Shown here piece by piece: positions 36,767 through 49,136 of a stretch of DNA of 64,000 bases. The number at the start of each line of letters is the position of its first letter. Positions within the stretch are counted from its first letter, which is position 1. Below the pieces are notes generated by a model. That model saw nothing but the letters and a program-made list of their open reading frames with translations, did no database searches and had not been told where the DNA came from. Source of the stretch: Trichodelitschia bisporula (Eukaryota); assembly GCA_010356995.1 (NCBI GenBank), contig ML996702.1, positions 310,001 through 374,000 on the forward strand. The letters are read 5' to 3'. The position numbers and the translations under genes were made by a program.

Positions 36767-37393
36767 CGACAACAGCAACAACGGCACCCAACCTCGTCCC
36801 CCAACCAAACCCGCCCCCCCTATCCGCAGCACTCCTACACCTACCAGCACCCACCGACTCACCCACCGCATGCACCCCACCGCGCGCACCTCGCCTCCCC
36901 AGGGCCGCAGCGCAAACGCTCCCAGTCCATGCCCCCAGGTGTGTCCTTCCAGCGCCGCCTCGAAAGCGGCGAGTTCCTCGACATAGGGGATCCGCTCCCC
37001 GGCCCGCCGATCCCGGGCTTTGGTCATGGCCCCACACCCGGCGCGCATCCCGGGTTCGAGGCGTTTCGCGGCATGGCCTGGGGGGGCCAGGGCGTGCCGC
37101 AAAGGTTCGCGGGCGGACCGGACTATTATGCGTGTGGTGGAAATGGGGGGTATGTGGTGCCGCGCGGGGGCGGGGGTGTGGGACGGGCCGTGCCGGTGCC
37201 TGCGGGTGGGGGCGATCGGAGTCGGAAACGGTATATGGAGAAAGATGAGGGACGAAGGGCGGGAGCAAAGAGGGTGAAGGGGGCGCCGGATGGGGAGGAG
37301 TGTATAGGGCAGGTTTTGATCGAACTGGCGGAGCTGAGGCGGATTATTGAACGGGGGTTTGAGGAGATGAGGTATGCACGGGGAGAGCGGTAG
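36206..37393 (+). CDS. Low-complexity poly-Q/Pro/Gly-rich protein of unknown function (upstream exons possible)
   Basis: Long ORF with Q30, 'QRKRSQSMP' and a C-terminal amphipathic helix 'VLIELAELRRIIERGFEE'. Confidence 0.55.
36677..36766 (+). repeat. (CAA)30 perfect microsatellite
   Basis: 90 nt of uninterrupted CAA. Confidence 0.98.
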
Positions 37394-37509
37394 GAGAGTC
37401 GGTGTTTGATGGGCTTGGGGAGTTCGGGGAGTTCAGTGATGGGGATGGGATTCATATGCAGGTGTTCGTGAGGCTTGAATTTAAGAGCTACCCTATTCTT
37501 CTCTACTGT

Positions 37510-37925
37510 CTAGGGCAATACGCCGTCGCTGACCCGGCCGAGCACGTTCTTCTCGTACATGGCTGACTTCTTCTGCGTGTGGTTGTTCAAGATCTAATGG
37601 AGTCAGTTCGCTCGAATAGGGAAGTTCGGCTACCAACCTCATATCTCGGATCCTCCTCGCTGGCATTCACATTCCGACCAGCGGCCCGCCCGGGCTGAGT
37701 AAGAACCTTGGTTATCGTCCCGATACTGGTGCTCGTGTGCGATGTAGGGCCTACATGTCAGCGATGGTCTCCGTCCTCAGTGTGGTACGAACCGCCGACG
37801 GGCTTGTAGGTGACTTCATCACCAATGTCGTACATCGGAGCTGGGCTTACGTCGTAGACGCTCGGGGTGTCGACTTCAATCTCGGCCGACGCTGGGCTGT
37901 CTGACAAGGTGGATTGGTTAACCAT
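37510..37925 (-). CDS. 109-aa Hva1-type Tudor domain (DUF2945) protein, three exons
   Basis: Exons 37925-37793, 37750-37638 and 37593-37510 splice to 'YDIGDEVTYKPVGGPTSHTSTSIGTITKVLTQPGRAAGRNVNASEEDPRYEILNNHTQKKSAMYEKNVLG'. Both introns are GT..CTGAC..TAG. Confidence 0.85.
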
Positions 37926-38287
37926 TGTGTTGCGAGGTGCTGTTCTGCTGTTGCTGTCAAAAGAGTATGTGCTGCTGAGTTGAAGCCAAAAAATGCAAGG
38001 GGGAGACCTGACTTCCGGATCTGGAAATATACTCTCGAGACAACGGACTGCGTCATCATGATGAAGAGTAAAAACAACCCTTACTTACACTGGAGAAGAG
38101 GCAGGGCTATGGGTCGGCTTCTCCCGAACGTTCCATTAAACGTCTCGCGACAGATCGAAGGCTGCAGCTGACGCAGTGGCCCCACATATGGTAATAGGGA
38201 CGTCATTGACGACGTCTCACACTTCCGTCGACTGTGTGCTGGGCATCTTGCGTTGCATTGTAAAGTCATAACTCATCACCGCATCCA

Positions 38288-40016
38288 TCATTTCTCTTCC
38301 GTAACCACCACTCTTTCAACGAACCTCGTCCACCGTCTTCGCCTCCACTCATCCAACCTGTGCCTCCCCTGGCCTTCCTCCCACGCGATAGCCTTCTCTT
38401 TCCCTTTTCCTTTTCCGTTGCCGTTGCTCGCCCCGCTCTGCTCGCCTTCATCTTCATACAAAATGTCGCTGACCCATCTCTCACCTTCCATCTCCACCTC
38501 AACACCGGTAATGCATCGCTCCTCAACCCACTCCCTCGACATCATGTCCAAAGTCCATTTCTTGTCTGCCCATCTCCATCCCTCAGGTGTCTGAACGTCT
38601 TCAAAAAATCGCGTTCCTCTCGGCCGTTCGCCTGCTAGCCGCGCTGGCGACAACGGCGTATATGGCACGGGGGTGAAGACGAAGGACTCCCACTCCGCGT
38701 TAGGTGAATGCGAAGGGCGATGTTGCAGCTCGAATATCTCAACCTCGCGGATCTCTGGTGCGGGATTCAAGATGATATCGGCATCGGAAAAGGCGTTGAA
38801 GATGGACTCCGCTTCCTTCTCCTGGCTCTCCATCATAGCACGGTTTTCTGGCGCAGTAAGGTAATCTCGGACCTTGGGATGGCCAGCCCCGATAGCGACC
38901 CACCCTACAATCAGGAAAGCAAACCGCCACGGAATGAGTTGAGCGGCGACAAAGAGGACTAGCGAGGAGAGGAACAAGGCAATGAATAGCGAACTCGAGA
39001 AGGTCTCATCAGAAAAGTTGAGAAATGGTAGCACTTGCTTCACAACATGGTCGTACATGCAACTGTAATCGTCCATGATGTTTTGAAGGTCACGCATGTT
39101 CCGGAAGAAGTCTTGGGAAAGCTCGGATGCAGGCTTAAAACGAGGCGGGGGAGCAAGAGGGGGTCCATCTAGAGGATAGAAATCCGTTGCCGAAGTTGAA
39201 GGGGGAGGCGGATGCCGGGCCAAGAAGGCTGGTACCATCACGAAGTTGCAGCATAGCGCCAACGGAACGACGGCTAGTAGCTTGGGGTCGAGGCAGATAA
39301 AGGTGTAGATGGCCAGAAAGGCGAGGGTATTGGTAGGCGCCATCCACGTGAAGAGGGCTATCATGCGGGATTCAAACTCAAAAGCCACCCCGATTCTGCG
39401 GATTCATCAGAGCTGCTATCGACTACGTGAGGTAGCCTTACCTTGCGTTGAACCGCCTAAAGTTGGTTGACATGGTGGCGAGGCTGAATGCAGGGCGATT
39501 GATGTATGCCCGCGAACGCATGTCAGTCTCAGTGTCATCGTCGTTCGTGTGATCAGAAGGGATGATTTGCTGAAGTAACCTGGAGACACGCTTCCTCAGT
39601 CCATGCGCACGAACCATGGTGATGGGGAATATAAAAAAGGGATTCTGGAGCCAACAACTCCAGGAATGCAAGATGCCAAAGCAAGCCTTCATCAGGGACC
39701 GCATAGTTTACATCTCGATGCAGTGAAGGAGGCGCAAACGGAAGAGGGTTGACGAAAAGACGTACATGGCCATCAACCGATCGTGCATCCCACCGGACGA
39801 ACCAGACCCGTCAAGCTTCTCTTCCTTCTTTTCTAGCTTCGCGGAAAGCTTCTCGCGGATCTTGGTAGCTGCATTGGAAGGTTTCAACTTTCCCATCTTG
39901 CTGCGGATAGTAGTTCTAGAACTAGAATGTGGCGTGTCCGTCTCGCTGCTCTCCGTGACGGCAATGATGGGAACTTCATCATCGCGAGTTGCGGCAGAGG
40001 GGCCGCTATCGGCCAT
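38288..40016 (-). CDS. Pex24/Pex28/Pex29-family integral peroxisomal/ER membrane peroxin
   Basis: 'RPAFSLATMSTNFRRFNAR|IGVAF', 'FFRNMRDLQNIMDDYS', DysF-like 'VEIFELQ...WRWADKKWTLD...WRRRRWTRFVER'; introns 39765-39580 and one near 39441-39396. Confidence 0.9.
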
Positions 40017-41984
40017 GCTGTCAGAACTCCGCAGTTGAGCGGAAGGGTGGGGGTTTGGTTGATAGTTTGCTTGTTGTTTGGAACGAGTCGTTGGGATGGG
40101 GCAGGCGGAGTGACGCAGTTGTGGAGTAGTTCCTTTGCCCAGGCTCCCCAAAGCACATGTGAACGCCCAGGTTTGATCAGACTCGACACGTGAGGGTCCG
40201 TATACCGTACCTACTCGCCACACCCCAAACCACCAAAGCACTTCTCTATCGTCGCCAAATTGCTTGCATTACACCGTCCTTCTTATCTAAGCGATACAAG
40301 GCATTCATTTCCCATCTGCCGGGAGCCGAGAGGATTTGCACATTCTTTATCGCCTCGCGGAACCGTCTACAACGTATTGTAGCTCAATGACTACGGATGT
40401 ATAGGGCTAGTATTCTTTGCATCTTAGCTTTGAACTTCTGGTTGATTTGCCGGATGCACTCATATGAGGGTATGAGCTCTCTCTGCGTGCCTTATCATCG
40501 CGACCGTACAGCTCGCAGTACGTACCTCAAACAGGCACCTTCAACGTCACCTTTGCCAGGAGCAAAACGGATTGGGCCAAGGAGGCAAACAACGGGGAGA
40601 TTTGGCTCAATAAAGGAGCACCAGAGGTTTTATGCTTGTTTCCTTTGCGACGCGCATCTCATTTGCATCACGACGGTGGGTGCCGTACGCATTGCCCAGG
40701 TTTGAGAGATAAAGAGGAAGGCAGAGTATGCGGTTCCTGAAGCCGTTGGATGAGGTTACGCTCCAAACTCATGCGTCCTGCAGGGCGAGAGGCAGTACGA
40801 GCGTACCTACGCAGGTGGTCAGTGGCCAGAGCATAAGGCGCTCTGCGCTTTATCCCAGCTTGTACCTTCATCCCCCACTAAGGCCCCTTTTATCCCCTTG
40901 GTGAAGAGGCCACTTGAACAACACGACGGTCGCAGTCGTGTGGGGAGATGGGATGGGATGGAGGAGAGCATGCGGCCCACGCACAAACGACCACTGGCGA
41001 GATGAATCTCTGCATAAGGATACGGGTACAGTACCATACAAGGTCGCATGGCCTCGTAGACAGGTTGAGAGTAAATGAATGGCTTCTGGTTTTAATCAAA
41101 GGGCTTCCTGCGGGCATTTGTTGCTTGTCAGCTTGTCCATACTATACTCTGCAACCACCCACCCCCCCGGGGGCAACAACAGAGTGGTTGATCAGGGAAC
41201 ATTGGACATCGAGACCATCCCATCTTGTCCCGAGAGTGTCAACAGGCCCCAACAGTCCAGTGAAATCATCTCCTCTTCCTATCCGACTGCATTTTGGAGA
41301 TCACAGTGCCTTGTCGATTGTCCACGGTAACCTGCATTCTCCACCCCCTACCGAGCCTTTTCTTCATCCATCACAAGTCCTACCTCTCCGCAAAGTGCAC
41401 ATCCAATACCACCCCCCTCCCCGGCCTAAACATTAGCCACAGCTAGACTCCCGCAAAACCACCTTTCAACCCACCCCGGCGACCCACTGATCTTCCCCAT
41501 CTCCTCCAGGAACGTCGCTACAAGCTGCGTCCTCGCAGCTCCGATCACTGCAAGTCTCGACAAAACACCACGCCTTTGCCCTCCGGCTAGTGTCTGTTTT
41601 TCGTTGACACTTGTGCGCATCCACCGAAAAAAATCCTCCGTCGCTCTTCTCTCCCTCTGCGCACCCCAATCAGTGCTCCGCGCCGCTTCCGCAGCAACCC
41701 CAAACTTCCCGGACCACAACAATTCCTCACGAGGCTTGCCCAATGCCCTCTTAGTCTGCATCGCCCGGTCCAGACCTCTGCTCAATGCTGCATACATCGC
41801 TGCGCGCAGTTTTGAGGAGGTTCACTGTCAGGGAGAGTTAACGGGGCCGAAACCAGACCGTCGACTCTTTGTCCCTGTTGCTGCGCGAGACTGGCTCCCC
41901 GTCCGTTAAGGGCCGCCGAGTCTTCGCCCTCCCCTCCAACGTCCGATCGGGTCCCCGATGATACAGACAGCCAATTTCCCGGGT

Positions 41985-44900
41985 ATGGACGCTTCTCTGC
42001 TGCCGCCGAGGCCAGAGTTTGTGGAGGACTCAGCTGGATCCGGAGGTACGCGTTTCCCCACAATCCCCCTCGTGACGCTACTGTCGTACCGCATCTCTCT
42101 TGCATCGGCCGCTGACATTTGTGCAGCCGAAGGGCGCGCCCGTAAGCGTCTCCAGCGAACGGTAGGCGAAAACGAGGATCCACTGCGCAGGGCTGGCATT
42201 TCCCTGCCGTTCAGAAAAAAGGATACCGGCGCAGACAAGACCAACATGCACAACCGACGTCGCTCAACAATCAGGGAACCCAAGGCGCCTCTGCTTGGGC
42301 CTCGTCCCCTGGATTCCAGAAGGTAAACGGCCCCTCAGTACCATTGTTCAACTCTTGCAGGGACTCGACTAACAAATACAGGACACCTAGTGAGACCCTC
42401 GCGCAAGCCCAGGCTCGGCCCTATCCGCCCTCTGCCAGTGATGAGCATCTCGCCGGACAGAAACCAGGTACAAACAACCCCAGATTTAGCTTCTCAAAGG
42501 CGCAAGATGGGAAGGGCAGAGAAAGTGCAAGCTCCACTGATTTCCTGCCCTCTGTCAGCTTCGATGAGTTTCACGCAAGTCTCAACTCGTATGAAGCCGA
42601 TCTGGACAAATTCCCAGCCCCAGGCAATACCACAACCTTCAATCCACTCCCTAGCACCGCGATGGGCCATAGCGTAAGCAAGCCCACTGAGGTTGACGGC
42701 GTTGCAGATCGCGCCGCAGACAAGATCCGGGAAGATCCCAAGGTTTCGCGCAGCGCGTCTCTCGTCCGCCGCTTCAGCAATGCCCGCCGTAATCCTGCCC
42801 AGCCCACGACCGACTCGATGGCTATGCCTCCTCCGAGCTCTACGGCTTCCGCTCGCTCCAGGCGACAGAGCAGCATCACTTCCCTCTCTGGAACCAAGAA
42901 TCCCGCCCCTCGTCCACCAAGAAAGTCAGTCGGACCCGGGCTGATTACCCAAGGCCTTGAAGGGGTAGGCACGAACCACGCAACTTCCACCGGGGGAGTC
43001 TCGCGGGCATCCTCCATCAGCAAGGGAAGCCGGCGTGGCACTCTTGCACCCAGCTTCAATGCACCCAACGAAGTCCCTCGCCTCTCCACTACTCGCAACC
43101 TCCGAACGAAGAGCCTGCAGCCGCCACCGAAAGAGCAGTCGCAGAATAACCTAAATTTGCAAACTCCCGGTACTCCGACTAGCGCTGTCTCCCCTGCTAA
43201 ATCCACCGCAAACCGCACACATACCCCCTCATCGGCAACCAATAGGCGGCAGTCAACCCTTCACTACGTAGGCGGACTCGGTGCTCGAACCATCAGTCCG
43301 ACAGATGCGCGGAGGCTCAAGCGACTCTCCGCTGCTAATCAGTCCACCAATGCGTCTCAGCGTCGGACCAGCACTCCCCACCTCGATACCATGCCTAGTC
43401 TCCGACCAGCCGCGCACTCTCCAGCAACACTGGCGCCCAAGAGCTCGACTCCTACATCTGCCCGCGCGACACCCGATACTACGCGAAAAGCCTCTGGTTC
43501 TGCGTTATCCGCGAGTTCAAGCTACAACTCGCTGCGCGCGGCGAACGGGGGCAGCACTTCGCGGAACAGCCAACTGATGGCAGGCTCACGCCTTCCCACA
43601 CCGAAGCCACGCAACGTCCACAGCTCTGCCGGTATGGTAGAAGAGGAGGTCCCGCCCGTTCCTGCCATTCCAAAGGCGTACGAATCTCCCAAGGATCATC
43701 AGTTCGCAGGGGAGCCGCAGTCATACTTTGCGGCCCAAAAGGCTCGCAACGACCACAATGCCAAAGGTCGTTCATCGCGAGCCAATGCCGGCTCCAAGAC
43801 TGGAAATAGGCCGAGCATAGAAGGTCCGCGTCCGCAACCAGACAGCAACAAGGATCCGAAGACACGTCATCGCCGAGGTCTGACTGTAAGCACCGAAGGA
43901 GAGCGGACGCCGACAACGAACGCACCCACCGTGAATAAGAAGAATCTCCAGCCGATCCGACTCCCTCCCCTCAATCTCCTCCCGTTGAGCACCCCGACGA
44001 CCGCGCGTATTGCGTCATTTCAAGGTTCTCGAGATGGGGATCTTGCCAATGCCGCTTGCACTCCTCCCCCCAAGCGGAGTTACAATAAGACCCCTAGTAC
44101 TCCCATGACGGCGTCAAAGGCAAGCTTCTTTTCGCGGAGCCAGCAAGAAGAAGATGACCATCTGCATCCTCTGGTGCTGAGAAGTGCTAGCTCTATCGCG
44201 CCGCATCCGGATGGACTTGGGTTGGGCTTGCATCACGTGAGCATGACTACCCCAGCAACACCTATCGCGATTCCAAGCCCAGTAAACAGACAGGCTATGA
44301 CGCCCTTTTCCTCAAACTCCCTCCCTAAAATGAGCGGGGATTTTGGGCATTTGTCTCGGCCACCGACCGAATTTGCCTACGAGCACAATCAGGTTGAACC
44401 GGAACCCAGCAACATTCGGGCCCTAAGCCCTAAGCCTCCCATTGCATTGAAAAAGGACACACCATCAACGCGCACCTCCACCTCGGACGAGCCGGGTACT
44501 CCAGCTTCGACAACATCGCTGAGACGGAAACTGAGCCTCAGCTGGAAACGTAGTTCATCCAAAGCTTCTCAGCGTGCCGCTGCCGCGGCAGCCGCGACGG
44601 CTGCCATTCACGCCGAGAGAGAAAAGGAGGATGCTCAAAAGGCTGCCAAGCAACAACAGCAACAGCTCGAGATGCCTCCGCCTCGGTTCCCAGCTTCGGC
44701 CACATGGAACGGTTCTTCTCTGTCTGCCGCAAGTAGTGACACGGGCTCTGCCCGGCCGTCGCTCGACCAGCGGTATCGCAAAGCCAGTGGTAATCTTTCA
44801 CAAAGTCAATCTGATGCCGACAATAGCCCATTCACCGGGGGTGATGCCAAGACCGAGCAAGCTCCACCGCCTTATTCTGACCACCGCCGCGCAGCCTCGC

Positions 44901-46691
44901 GCTCCTCTTCCTCCTTGCTTAATCCCATGCAAAGGATGCTCGGTTCCAAAAGCTCGCTTAACACTCTCCGCGCTCGTAATCTGGATGTAAATCTCGACAA
45001 AGACGATCTTCAAGCAGACAAGATCATGGAGAAGATGGCTGCCAAACGGAGAGACTTCGAAACTGCGGCAAAAGAGGTCGACGAGCTTCGTCGCCGCGCG
45101 CGCCCGAAAGAACGCATGACCCCTACCCAAGCAATTCAAACTGTCTCTTTGAACATCTTCGAGCGTGGCGAGATTGTCGATTACAAAGAGATATACTACT
45201 GCGGATCACGGGCTCCCAAAAAGCACGTCGGCGACCTGACCGCCCAAGCAAACAACTTCGGTTACGATGACGACCGCGGCGACTACAATATCATTCTGGG
45301 GGACCATTTGGCCTATCGGTACGAGGTTGTTGATGTGCTGGGTAAGGGCAGCTTTGGCCAGGTCGTGCGCTGTATCGATTACAAGACTGGGCTCCTCGTT
45401 GCCATCAAAATCATTCGCAACAAGAAGCGGTTCCATCAGCAGGCTCTCGTTGAAGTCAACATTCTAACGAAACTGCGAGAATGGGTACGTTTGTCCATTA
45501 GAGAACTGGACCGTGCTGACTTCGTAGGATCCTGAAAATAAGCATAGCATGATCAACTTCACGCAAAGCTTTTACTTCCGCGGCCATCTCTGCATTTCAA
45601 CGGAACTCCTAGGGATGAATCTTTACGAGTTCATCAAGGCTTACGACTTCAAGGGCTTTCCGCTGCCGCTCATCCGCCGCTTCACAAAGCAGATGTTAAG
45701 CTCGTTAGTCCTACTCAAGAGCCGTCGTGTCATCCACTGCGACCTAAAACCCGAGAACATCTTGCTGGCACACCCCTTGCATTCCGAGATCAAGGTCATA
45801 GATTTCGGCTCCAGCTGCTTTGAGAACGAAAAGGTGTACACCTACATCCAGTCGCGCTTTTACCGGTCGCCGGAGGTCATCTTGGGAATGAGCTACGGGA
45901 TCGCCATCGACATGTGGAGCTTGGGTTGCATTCTCGCTGAGTTGCTTACCGGTTATCCCATTTTCCCGGGCGAAAACGAACAGGAGCAGCTTTCATGTAT
46001 CATGGAGATCTTCGGCCCACCCGAGAAGCACCTGATTGAGAAGAGCAGCCGCAAAAAGCTCTTCTTCGACTCCATGGGCAAACCACGTGTAACAGTATCA
46101 TCCAAGGGTCGCCGGCGCCGCCCGAGCTCCAAGACACTGCAGCAAGCTCTCAAGTGTGACGACGAGGCCTTCCTAGACTTCATAACGCGCTGCTTACGCT
46201 GGGACCCGGAGCGGCGACTGAAGCCGGACGAGGCTATGCAGCATGAATTCATCACGGGCATCCGGCGACCTGTGCAACAGCAGCCGCGCTTCACCCGGGC
46301 TGGGCAATCTGCCAGCTCGTCCACGCAATCACCTGCGAAACGTTTCGTCTCGGCCGGAACCCCGCGCAACAAGGATGGCACGCGTCCACTCCCTGAGCCT
46401 CCTGCGACCAGCTTGCGCCATCAAGGCGGCACAATGCCTACGAATTCGTCGCCCATCAAGGGCGGTCCCTCGCGGAGACACTCGACCATGAACTCAATAC
46501 AGACGGGTACAGCAGGTGTGAAACGGTCGTCTAACGGGTCTTCTGTTGCGGCGGGTGGTGGTGGTCCGAGCAGCACGGGCGGCAGTGTGAGCTCGAGCAA
46601 TCTGCCTCGGGCTGCTCAGCGGAGCATATCTGGGAAACCGGATTTAATGACGGTTGCCAGTTCGGTTAGTTTTGGTCCCGTACGTGTTTGA
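41985..46691 (+). CDS. pom1: Pom1-like DYRK-family dual-specificity protein kinase
   Basis: DH box 'NNFGYDDDRGDY', 'HLAYRYEVVDVLGKGSFGQV', 'IHCDLKPENILL', 'YTYIQSRFYRSPEVILG'; long S/T-rich N-terminus; introns near 42322-42381 and 45485-45527. Confidence 0.9.
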
Positions 46692-48190
46692 GATGATTCT
46701 AATAGCTTGGTAGCGACCCAGGTAATGATGACATGAGCGAGACGAGAGCGTTTGTACTGTTGCGTGCGAGCATGAACAGGCGCTTAGAAATGATTGAGTT
46801 GAGATTCGTTTCTTGTGAGGGCTTCTGGTGCCACCTCCCACCCCGCTTGTTGTACTTGGCCCCCTTCGCCGACTTCTCTGAGAAGTGTCGAAGCGATCGT
46901 GGGCTTTGGATATATTCTCTAGCGAAGGGTGGGTGTGGAGCCTGCGCGTTGTCGTTTTAAGGGCCCAGTAGGTGGCTTGGAGGATATGAGATGGGTGCGA
47001 TGGTGCTTTGACGGCGGACCGTGCTGCATATACCCTGTTGTTGGCATGCAGCGTTTGAGGCATTACTACCGCTTCTCCTAGCATACTCTTTTAGTGTCAA
47101 ATGACGGAAACCTGCCGCCCCTACGCCGGACGAAGACCGGGCGCATTCATTTCATATATGTGGGCTGCTTGTTGTGCATGCTACCTTCTCTATTCTGCTG
47201 CCCTATACCACGATTCGACCGTATATTCCTCGGCGGCACATGACCGCATGCCATTGCCTGGGTTCTAACCGCACTAATGGAAAGATAAGGCGGAGAAATA
47301 GAAGACTTGACACGGAAGCAGGGCGACTTCTAGGCATAAGTATCATAACAGCCTCATGCTAAATCCAACGTCGCCTTAGACTCCTCTTGCATGCATCTGC
47401 ATATGCTATGTTCTGCAGCACTTCAACAGGCAGGGGGGGCAGCCCCAATCCATGCACGCAGGGCACTCCGGCGGCTGCTGCACGTCTGACGCCAGCCCCC
47501 CCACGCCCGATGCGGCCATGTTCTGTCGATGGCACTGCAAAAAAAAAGAATTGGACGCGTGCTCTTCGCCAAGATGGCGCATGGGTTGCGTTCCGCTTAT
47601 GGGAGAGGATGCATACGGTCCCTGTGTGGTGCGAGCGATTTCCCCGAGATGCACCTCGGGAGACCGACGTCCTGATATTTTGAGCAGCCGAGATGCCGGC
47701 GGTGATATGGCCATGAGGTGAGAGGGCTGTCAAAGCTGTCAGGCTATGATGGGCTGCACTGTACATACATCGGAAGTTGATGGATGTGGCGCTAACGCTG
47801 TGCCGGATTCCCGTGACCGGGGCCGAATGTCAGCCCTGTGACCACGTCGGAGTTGCGTTGTTCGGTGAGAGGCCCCAACGGGCGGCCCCGAGGCGGAAGG
47901 CTCTGGCTTTTGGCGGTGATTACGGTGAGATTACTACGTAGCAAGCGGATTTAACGCCCAGGGCAGAGCAGAGCTACCGTTGCGAGAAAAGATAGCTCTG
48001 ACGTCGTTGCTTAAAGCATGGAAGTGCATGTGCTGCTGGGGAGGGATGTAGGCATGCAGAGTTTTCTCACCGGGCTCTTATTTTTCATTTCTCATCCGGG
48101 TTGGTAATGCTAGTTGTTGGCGTAACGGTCGGGGTGTCCTCCGGGTTGGTCCGAAAGGCGAGGGGATGGGGATCGGGCTTGAAGGTGGGG

Positions 48191-48274
48191 GGGAGGGGAA
48201 GACAGTGGGATGGGGGGGAGAGGAAGACAGTGGGATGGGAGGGAGGGGAAGACAGTGGGATGGGAGGGAGGGGA
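48191..48274. repeat. 25-bp G-rich minisatellite, about 3.4 copies
   Basis: gggag(g/a)ggaagacagtgggatggg(g/a) at 48191, 48216 and 48241, plus a partial unit. Confidence 0.92.
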
Positions 48275-49136
48275 GTCGTGTGAGGAATTACCTCTTGGAC
48301 GAGAACGAGTTGCGGCGAAGTACGCTGTGAAGGGAGCAGATCGGGTGATGTGCTTCATGGGCTGCAATGCGGAAGCCAAAAGACGGCAGTAGACGAGGCT
48401 ATTATGCCTATTACTAAATGTCGTATCCAAGCTGTGACTGGTCCAGGGCAATGGTTCTGTTCCTTAGGTACTTGTGACCTTCTAGAACCAAGGCCTGTGC
48501 AAATCAGTTGAACGGCTCCTCCCTCGTCTACTGCCTTCCTGTCCCTGGACTTTTCCTTCTTCTTTGCCTCCTCACCTTGCACCTCATCTCCTCCTTGAAG
48601 AACACTCTCCACATCCTGAATCTTGCGGCCCGATCAATTGAACTTTCACAGGTACCGGACCCTAGTTTATATGGTCTCCCCGCCCATCAAGTAGCAGCGG
48701 GCACATCGACTACTTCCGATCCACCTAATCCACCCCCGCCCTAACCCCCACCTAAAGGAACGATTGCCTATAAGGACCAAGCTAGACGCGCGTCAAAAAG
48801 CAGCTGTTTGAAGGACAATTGTCAGTCCATTACCCCAACCCACCCACCTTTCTCCTCTCCCTCCCGAAAAAAAAGAAGCCACCGACATCGGCATAGTCGG
48901 TCCCTTCGAAGCACGCGACAACCATTTTCCTTTCCCGCCCTGCACCTTCCTTCTTCCCCACTCAAAAGCCGGCAATCGAAGTCCAGAGAATCTTAACACC
49001 TTTTAACCCCACGCGCTAACCCTCAGTCGCGGAGAAAGGTCCCTCTATCCTCCATCGCCATAAACTCTCCCTCGCCACAAACTTACACCCCACAAACTGC
49101 AATCGCCTGCTCAACAACCACGTATTGTGGGGTACG

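Noticed and set aside
36259..37268. Poly-Thr, poly-Val and poly-Leu ORFs in other frames
   Set aside because: Alternative readings of the (CAA)30 tract in GC-skewed sequence.
47790..47960. GC-rich stretch with GGGGCC/GGCCCC pairing, considered as SRP, RNase P/MRP RNA or a TPP riboswitch
   Set aside because: I could not find the diagnostic conserved motifs of these RNAs.
48191..48274. Repeat array considered as CRISPR-like
   Set aside because: Head-to-tail units with no unique spacers, in a eukaryotic context with no cas genes.
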